A stretch of 15,439 bases of DNA from a bacterium (GTDB lineage: Bacteria > Zhuqueibacterota > Zhuqueibacteria > Oceanimicrobiales > Oceanimicrobiaceae), in contig JBHIAC010000078.1 of NCBI GenBank assembly GCA_046758365.1, forward strand, positions 1-15,439. The letters run 5' to 3'. This document shows positions 9,496 to 15,439 of this stretch, piece by piece. The position numbers were made by a program, and so were the translations under genes. The stretch's first letter is position 1. Each line of letters starts with the position of its first letter. Below the pieces are notes generated by a model. It worked only from the letters and a program-made list of their open reading frames with translations, was not told the DNA's origin and did no database searches.

Positions 9496-9566
9496 ATTTT
9501 GGGATTTTTAAATTTCAAATTGTTGGTAAAGGTTCTCCTGTTGCAACAAATGACGATTAACAATTG

Positions 9567-10727
9567 CTAATGGGAAATAGCGGCTACAACCTTTTGCGCG
9601 GCCTCTTGAAAACTTCGTCCTACCTCAAAGGACAAATCAGACTGCTCTAACAATTGAGCTGCCTCTTCGGCATTAGTGCCTTCCAATCGTACTACTACTG
9701 GTACATCTATATCCATTTTGGTTGCGGCTTCAATCACTCCTTTAGCCACGCGATCGCACCGCACAATTCCACCGAAAATGTTAATAAGTACGGCTTTCAC
9801 ATATTGGTCTGAAAGAAGAATTTTAAAACCATTTTCCACGGTTTCAGCACTGGCTGCTCCACCGACATCTAAAAAATTAGCTGGTTCTGAGCCGGCCAAT
9901 TTAATCATATCCATAGTAGCCATAGCCAACCCGGCTCCATTCACCATACAACCCACTTCTCCATCCAACTTAATGTAATTCAAATGGTATTTGGAGGCTT
10001 CAACTTCTAAGGGTTCCTCTTCATGGAAATCGCGCAGATCTGTAAATTCTGGGTGACGGTAAAGAGCGTTATCATCAAGATTTATTTTGGCATCCAAAGC
10101 TAAAACCCGACCGTCTTTTGTAACCACCAGCGGGTTAATTTCAGCCAAGGAACAGTCTGAAACTACAAAAGCTTTGTACAAAGCAGTAAAGAACTTTATT
10201 GCATTTTTAAACTGATCCCCAGTCAACCCCAAACCAAATGCTAACTTACGTGCTTGAAAAGATTGAAAGCCCACTGAGGGATCAATATATTCTTTCAATA
10301 TCTTTTCAGGAGTTTCACTGGCAACTTTTTCGATTTCCACGCCACCTTCTGTGCTTGCCATAAAAACCATCTGACTTTTGGCTCGGTCCAAAACAATTCC
10401 CACATATAGTTCCCGCTCAATTTCCAAACCTTCTTCTACCAAAACTTTTCTGACTTTTTTACCCTGTGGACCTGTCTGGTGAGTAACCAGATTCATTCCA
10501 ATTATTTCACTGGCTACTTTTTCCGTGTCATCGGCATTTTGGACAATTTTGACGCCGCCGCCTTTACCTCTACCACCGGCATGAATTTGAGCTTTGACCA
10601 CCACCGTACCACCTAATTCAATGGCGATCTTTTCTGCTTCTTCAGGCGTTTCAGCCAAACTTCCTTTAGGTACATCAACACCAAATTTTTTTAGGATTTC
10701 TTTCGCTTGATATTCATGTATTTTCAA
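9567..10727 (-). CDS. sucC: Succinyl-CoA synthetase beta subunit
   Basis: MKIHEYQAK, KAQIHAGGRGKGGGVK, NGAGLAMATMD, ANFLDVGG and NIFGGIVRCD motifs; TTG start after AGGAGG. Confidence 0.98.
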   Translation of the reverse strand: MKIHEYQAKEILKKFGVDVPKGSLAETPEEAEKIAIELGGTVVVKAQIHAGGRGKGGGVKIVQNADDTEKVASEIIGMNLVTHQTGPQGKKVRKVLVEEGLEIERELYVGIVLDRAKSQMVFMASTEGGVEIEKVASETPEKILKEYIDPSVGFQSFQARKLAFGLGLTGDQFKNAIKFFTALYKAFVVSDCSLAEINPLVVTKDGRVLALDAKINLDDNALYRHPEFTDLRDFHEEEPLEVEASKYHLNYIKLDGEVGCMVNGAGLAMATMDMIKLAGSEPANFLDVGGAASAETVENGFKILLSDQYVKAVLINIFGGIVRCDRVAKGVIEAATKMDIDVPVVVRLEGTNAEEAAQLLEQSDLSFEVGRSFQEAAQKVVAAISH

Positions 10728-10915
10728 TTTTTGGCCTCCTGAATCGTTAAAAGGAATTTTTCAATATCAACCTTCTTCGGCTAATCTCTTTATTAAATAT
10801 TCATTATAAGAATCATAATAATGCTTAAAGTCTAAATACTTTTTAATGACATTAACTTCAAATTCATTAACCATTGCCTTAGTAATTTTAGTCAATGTAG
10901 CTATTAAATAATCTC

Positions 10916-11863
10916 TCATGGTACGATTCGAGTTCCTGTATGTCCTGCAACAGCTTCTGTCATTTTTTCAACGGAACTAATAACCACCGCTTTCCCTCCA
11001 GCTTCGATAAAATTAATAGCTGCCTGAATTTTGGGTCCCATGCTTCCTTTTGGAAAATGACCTTCTTCCATATACTGCTTCGCTTCCCTAACCGTCATGC
11101 TCTCCAATTGAATTTCATGGGATTTTCGAAAATTTAGGGCTACTTTCTCCACCGCCGTTAAAATATACAATTCATCTGCATCAATATCTCTAGCTAATAT
11201 AGCCGCAGCTAAATCCTTATCAATCACTGCATCGACCCCTTCATAGGTTCCATCGTCTTCTACATAAACTGGAATCCCACCGCCGCCACTGCAAATTACA
11301 GTTGTTCCTTCATCCACCAATCTCTGGATGATATTCTTCTCTACAATCTCCAAAGGAATAGGGGAAGGCACTACTCTGCGAAAACCTCTGCCAGGATCTT
11401 CTTTTATTACCCACCCCCGTTTATAGACGATTTCCTCTATCTCTTCTTCTTTTATAAATGGGCCTACAAATTTAGTAGGATTAATAATTGAAGGATCATT
11501 TCTATCCACAATTACCTGAGTTACTATGGTTACTACTTCTCTACCAATCCCACTTCTTTGCAATTTGTTTTGGAGTGACTGTTGAATCATATATCCCATT
11601 CCACCTTGTAAATCTGCAACAATACAACCCAAAGGTAAAGGTGGAACAAGATGTCGGGTTTCTTCCACTCGGATTAAGGCATTTCCTACTTGAGGGCCAT
11701 TGCCATGGGTTAAGGCAATGCGGTAACCTTTCTTTATTAAATCTAAAATTCCAACTAAACTGCGACGGGTATTAGCAAACTGCTGGGTGATGTTTCCTTC
11801 TTCGAATTCACGGGTGATGGCATTGCCACCCAATGCAACCACTGCGACGGTGCCGTGTTTCAT
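10916..11863 (-). CDS. arcC: Carbamate kinase
   Basis: VVALGGNA, THGNGPQVG, PTKFVGPF, RRVVPSP, VIDKD and GSMGPK motifs. Confidence 0.96.
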   Translation of the reverse strand: MKHGTVAVVALGGNAITREFEEGNITQQFANTRRSLVGILDLIKKGYRIALTHGNGPQVGNALIRVEETRHLVPPLPLGCIVADLQGGMGYMIQQSLQNKLQRSGIGREVVTIVTQVIVDRNDPSIINPTKFVGPFIKEEEIEEIVYKRGWVIKEDPGRGFRRVVPSPIPLEIVEKNIIQRLVDEGTTVICSGGGGIPVYVEDDGTYEGVDAVIDKDLAAAILARDIDADELYILTAVEKVALNFRKSHEIQLESMTVREAKQYMEEGHFPKGSMGPKIQAAINFIEAGGKAVVISSVEKMTEAVAGHTGTRIVP

Positions 11864-11983
11864 TTATTCCTTTCCAATAGACTATTTTAAACTTAGTCTA
11901 AACTTACCAAAATGAATCAAAAACTGACCTTCTTTTCTGTTTAGGGATATATTTCTAATTAGTCATATCTTTTACAATGACTT

Positions 11984-13297
11984 TTAGGCAAACCTTTGAA
12001 GTACATCTTCTAAATTGGGCCGACCAATTTCCTGAAGTTCATAAGTCACCCGTACAGCCGGCTTATTAATTTTAATCAATTTCCGCAGATCAATAGGCGT
12101 ACCAATAATCACCGCATCACATGCTGCGGCATTTATAGTGGCTTCTAAATCCGCTATTTGCTGGTCGCCGTAGCCCATTGCAGGAAGAACCTCACCAATT
12201 TCAGGATATGTTTCATAGGTTTCTTTGAGTGAACCCACTAAAAAGGGTCTTGGATCTACAAGTTCAGAGGCACCGAATTTCTCGGCAGCTACCACAGCCG
12301 CGCCAAATGTCATTTCTCCGTGGGTGAGCGTTGGACCGTCCTCCACAGCTAAAACCTTTTTCCCTTTTATTACCTGAGAATTTTCTACAAAAATAGGAGA
12401 TGATGCATCAATCGTCACAGCAGAAGGATTATTCTCTAAGATATTTGCCCGTACTTCTTCGATATCCTCAAAGGCAGCGATGGTTTGCTTGTTAATAATA
12501 ACTACATCTGCCATGCGTAAATTTGTTTCACCTGGAAAGTAACTCAATTCATGTCCAGGCCTTAAGGGATCAGTAACCACAATGTGTAAGTCCGGCTTAA
12601 AAAATGGAGTATCGTTATTGCCCCCGTCCCAAATTACCACATCAGCTTCTTGCTGTGCTTGTTTTAGAATCTCTTTATAATCTATTCCAGCATAAACAAT
12701 GCTACCCAGAGCCAAGTGTGGCTCATATTCTTCCCGTTCTTCAATCGTACAGTTGTATTTATTTAAATCTTCATAATTTTCGAAACGCTGACATTTCTGA
12801 GCACTTAGATCACCATAAGGCATCGGATGACGCACCACCACTAACTTTTTCCCCATGTTCTTTAAAATTTGAGCTACGCGCCGTGTCGTCTGGCTTTTTC
12901 CACAACCTGTCCGAACCGCACAAATTGCCACTACGGGTTTGGTGCTTTTTAACATAGTATTTTGTACATTCAATAATACAAAATCAGCCCCCATTGAATT
13001 AACCATAGATGCTTTGTGCATGACATATTCATGCGAGACATCACTATAAGAAAAAACAACCTCATCGATCTGATGTTTTATAATCAAATTTTTGAGGTTG
13101 CTTTCCTGATAAATCGGGATGCCTTGCGGATACTGTGCACCTGCCAATTCTGCTGGAAAAATTCGCCTTTCAATATCTGGAATTTGTGTCGCGGTGAACG
13201 CGGATACTTCATATTCCCCATTATCTTTGTAAAGCATATAAAAATTATGAAAATCTCTCCCTGCAGCACCCATAATGATGACCTTTCTACGACGCAT
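11984..13297 (-). CDS. arcE: COG2403 P-loop NTPase of the cDPG-synthetase-like family; probable arginine synthetase
   Basis: MGAAGRDFHNF, AFTATQIP, P-loop AVRTGCGKSQT, RHPMPYGDL, TIEEREEYE, WDGGNND and VEDGPTLTHG motifs. Directly upstream of carbamate kinase, matching the arcE context described for Thermococcus kodakarensis. Confidence 0.8.
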   Translation of the reverse strand: MRRRKVIIMGAAGRDFHNFYMLYKDNGEYEVSAFTATQIPDIERRIFPAELAGAQYPQGIPIYQESNLKNLIIKHQIDEVVFSYSDVSHEYVMHKASMVNSMGADFVLLNVQNTMLKSTKPVVAICAVRTGCGKSQTTRRVAQILKNMGKKLVVVRHPMPYGDLSAQKCQRFENYEDLNKYNCTIEEREEYEPHLALGSIVYAGIDYKEILKQAQQEADVVIWDGGNNDTPFFKPDLHIVVTDPLRPGHELSYFPGETNLRMADVVIINKQTIAAFEDIEEVRANILENNPSAVTIDASSPIFVENSQVIKGKKVLAVEDGPTLTHGEMTFGAAVVAAEKFGASELVDPRPFLVGSLKETYETYPEIGEVLPAMGYGDQQIADLEATINAAACDAVIIGTPIDLRKLIKINKPAVRVTYELQEIGRPNLEDVLQRFA

Positions 13298-13347
13298 ATA
13301 ACCTCCTGGATGTTGTATACGATTTAATTTCTTAAATCACAAACGAC

Positions 13348-13376
13348 AATATAGCATATTTTAGGTTTAGTTGCAA
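13348..13376 (-). promoter_or_regulatory. Putative sigma-70 promoter for arcE-arcC
   Basis: Minus strand TTGCAA-N17-TATATT with extended TG, 50 nt upstream of the arcE ATG; SD AGGAGGT. Confidence 0.55.
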
Positions 13377-13440
13377 GGGCTTTTTCTCCGCCCCAAAACG
13401 TGTCAAGGTCATTGAGATTTTTATAGTAATAAATTTAAGT

Positions 13441-13516
13441 AAAAGTGTATTAATTTGCGAAAAGTGTATTAAATTGTAAAAAGTGTACTAATTTCGATCA
13501 GTTGTATGATTTTTTG
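13441..13516 (+). repeat. 19-bp tandem repeat (3 good copies plus 1 degenerate); candidate upstream activator sites
   Basis: AAAAGTGTATTAATTTGCG / AAAAGTGTATTAAATTGTA / AAAAGTGTACTAATTTCGA / TCAGTTGTATGATTTTTTG, with TGTA in register. Confidence 0.8.
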
Positions 13517-13702
13517 CCGTATAAAATGTTCACAACGGTAATATTTTTCAATGCAATTTTATGTGAAAAATCTTCTCATCCAAGTTTTTGAATTTTCACA
13601 ATTATTATTAACTTATTGAAACATAATAAGATAGCGATAGTTTTACAAATTTCAAAATTTGTAGAATGTTAAACGGGAAAAAGTTGTATTAAAATAGAAC
13701 AA

Positions 13703-13719
13703 TTGGCACAGATGTTGCA
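13703..13719 (+). promoter_or_regulatory. Sigma-54 (-24/-12) promoter
   Basis: TTGGCACAGATGTTGCA closely matches the TGGCAC-N5-TTGCW consensus with exact GG-N10-GC spacing; intergenic and pointing at the response regulator. Confidence 0.75.
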
Positions 13720-13965
13720 AAACGAAACAGTGTAATTGACAAAACCTCTTTTATTGATGATGTCATGATTAGTATCTGTGCCTCCCACCGGGATCGCTGG
13801 ATTGTCCTAAACGAATTTAAAGCTGGAAGGGTTTAGAGACATTTACTACACATGAATTTTACTTCGTATCTCGGTGTGAGGCCGGAGTTTTGATTGAATT
13901 AAGCTCCTCATATATATGAAATAGTAATCAACGTTATTTAATACTCATACTTTGGAGGATTAACT

Positions 13966-14661
13966 ATGGAAAAGGTGGAAAAAGGCAATGTTTTGATATT
14001 TGATAACTTTCATGATAATGGCTCTCGAATTCTGGATGAAGTATTAGAAAGAGAAAGATTCTCGACAACCCATTTTGATGAAATTAGCGATGCCCTTGAA
14101 ATCACCATGAGAGAAAAACCATCAGTCATCATTATTGATTTGGATGAATTTGGGGATAAAGCTTGGGCAACCTGTTTAGAATTAAAGGATGACATTGGAA
14201 CCCGAAAAGCCGGTATCATCTTTTTATCATCAAATAATGATGAATTGGTTAAAATTAAAGGTTTTGAGTTAGGTGCCGATGATTTTGTTACTAAACCATT
14301 TAGCACTCGAGAACTCGTAGCAAGAATCAAGGCCATTCACCGTAGATTGGTGGCAAATGAAAACAAAAAGATTAAAGTCAAAGATATAGAAATTAATTTA
14401 GACGAGCATCGAGTTAGTAAAGCCGGCAAACCCATAGATTTGACTTATATACAATTTAAACTACTCTATCTATTAGCATCCCGCAGAATGAATGTTTTTT
14501 CAAGAAAAGAAATTTTAGAGCGAGTGTGGGGTAAAAAAGTCTACGTAACTAATAGGACCGTGGACGTTCATATTAAAAGATTACGAGAAAAATTGGGAGA
14601 GTATAAATATCCTTCCCAATACATAGAAACAATACATGGTACAGGATACCGTTTCCTCTAA
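13966..14661 (+). CDS. OmpR/PhoB-family response regulator (REC + winged helix), orphan in this window
   Basis: GADDFVTKPFS, LTYIQFKLL, RTVDVHIKRLREKL and IETIHGTGYRF motifs; SD GGAGGA. Confidence 0.93.
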   Translation: MEKVEKGNVLIFDNFHDNGSRILDEVLERERFSTTHFDEISDALEITMREKPSVIIIDLDEFGDKAWATCLELKDDIGTRKAGIIFLSSNNDELVKIKGFELGADDFVTKPFSTRELVARIKAIHRRLVANENKKIKVKDIEINLDEHRVSKAGKPIDLTYIQFKLLYLLASRRMNVFSRKEILERVWGKKVYVTNRTVDVHIKRLREKLGEYKYPSQYIETIHGTGYRFL

Positions 14662-14685
14662 TACCTCATTTTTTCCTCCCTCCGG

Positions 14686-14713
14686 GCCCCTGGCGAGAGC
14701 TGGGGGCTTTTTT
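14686..14713 (+). terminator. Rho-independent terminator
   Basis: GCCCCTGGC-GAGA-GCTGGGGGC stem with GNRA loop followed by T6, about 25 nt after the regulator stop. Confidence 0.85.
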
Positions 14714-14840
14714 ATAATTCTATAATTGAAAAAAAGTCTGGGCCAACATTCTAATTTATTGTTTTTTAATCAAGCTAGGACGCTTGACTACGCAAGTTCA
14801 TTTGTTTTTGGCCAGACACGATTTCCTGGACAAAAAATTT

Positions 14841-15439
14841 CTATTTATCTTGGACAACTTTCCACATATATCCTTGAAAATATTTTTCATCAAAATATCC
14901 AATACTGTAAGGGGGACTTTTTCTTAGACCGAGTTTGATCGCGATTTTTTTGGTAGATGAAGTAATAATCTGCTCTGAATCGCTCTCTCTATCAAACAAT
15001 AAACGTACGGTAAATCGTACTTCCAAATCTTTCTTGTATCCCATTAAAGCCTCTTTTATATCGTCTTCTTGAAATCGTTCAATGACTCGGAATCTCTTGG
15101 CCTTGGGAAAATATATGTTTCCAGTACCATTCTCAAGAGATATGATTAAGTTGGCCTTAAGAAATTCAAGAAGTTTATTTTGAGGCCATTTTGGATTAAA
15201 GGGCATTCTTAAATCCACTGAAAATATAAAATATTTATTATGAAGTTCTTCAAAATTTTTAAATCTTCTTTGATATTCTTCTGGGCTAAACTGTTCTTCA
15301 TGGGCTGTTATGTCTAAATCTAATCTATCAATTTCAGGAATTATCCAATATATCGTAGTGCTTCTATTAAAAAGCTGGTCTCCAAATTGCAACCCCTGCA
15401 TCTTTTTTAGCAGAGATAATAAATTCTCAGTTCTATCGG
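14841..15439 (-). CDS. Hypothetical protein, probably 5'-truncated by the window edge
   Basis: 186-aa ORF whose frame stays open upstream of ATG 15401 to the window end (..DRTENLLSLLKKMQG); no family recognised. Confidence 0.65.
   Translation of the reverse strand, partial: DRTENLLSLLKKMQGLQFGDQLFNRSTTIYWIIPEIDRLDLDITAHEEQFSPEEYQRRFKNFEELHNKYFIFSVDLRMPFNPKWPQNKLLEFLKANLIISLENGTGNIYFPKAKRFRVIERFQEDDIKEALMGYKKDLEVRFTVRLLFDRESDSEQIITSSTKKIAIKLGLRKSPPYSIGYFDEKYFQGYMWKVVQDK

Noticed and set aside
11984..13297. Literal cyclic 2,3-diphosphoglycerate synthetase function
   Set aside because: No 2-phosphoglycerate kinase is adjacent, and linkage to carbamate kinase favours ArcE; not excluded without phylogeny.
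353..13327. Many short plus-strand ORFs (e.g. 1451-1879, 8998-9321, 9676-9978, 12604-12957) and nested minus-strand ORFs
   Set aside because: Antisense or off-frame shadows of well-conserved genes, with no recognisable motifs.
13441..13516. 19-bp repeats as a CRISPR array
   Set aside because: The repeats are contiguous with no unique spacers, are short and degenerate, and there are no cas genes in the window.
13736..13770. Perfect TTGACA as a sigma-70 -35 for the regulator
   Set aside because: No acceptable -10 hexamer at 16-18 bp spacing.
13765..13836. 23-aa uORF MISICASHRDRWIVLNEFKAGRV in the regulator leader
   Set aside because: No SD and no telling amino-acid run; cannot be supported without ribosome profiling.
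13872..13893. Minus-strand CAAAACTCCGGCCT resembling part of a c-di-GMP-I riboswitch
   Set aside because: The upstream GGCAAAC...GAAA...GACGCAAAG elements are absent, so the match is only a fragment.
14010..14938. ORFs 14010-14336 (-) and 14726-14938 (+)
   Set aside because: The first is antisense to the regulator. The second starts after the terminator, lacks an SD and overlaps the convergent gene.

Overview
Low-GC bacterial chromosomal housekeeping region; the gene order suggests an FCB-superphylum lineage such as KSB1/Calditrichota (inference only). Most genes lie on the minus strand, in transcription order: a COG2403 P-loop ATPase best read as arginine synthetase (arcE), carbamate kinase (arcC), sucC, sucD, ndk, a SPOR lipoprotein, then yceD-rpmF-plsX-fabH-fabD-fabG-acpP-fabF-rnc. 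Divergent from arcE is an orphan OmpR/PhoB-type response regulator behind a near-consensus sigma-54 promoter with an upstream 19-bp tandem array. A 5'-truncated hypothetical gene closes the window. Main points of interest: (1) a ~100-145 bp MITE-like element with TGCAAAAA-cored terminal inverted repeats, in three intergenic copies and both orientations; (2) an arcE-arcC arginine module co-oriented with sucCD-ndk; (3) a 74-nt hairpin of inverted ATTGTTNN octamers upstream of plsX; (4) fabD has no ATG/GTG/TTG start upstream of its conserved N-terminal motif; (5) the sigma-54/enhancer architecture of the regulator. All calls are by eye, without database searches.
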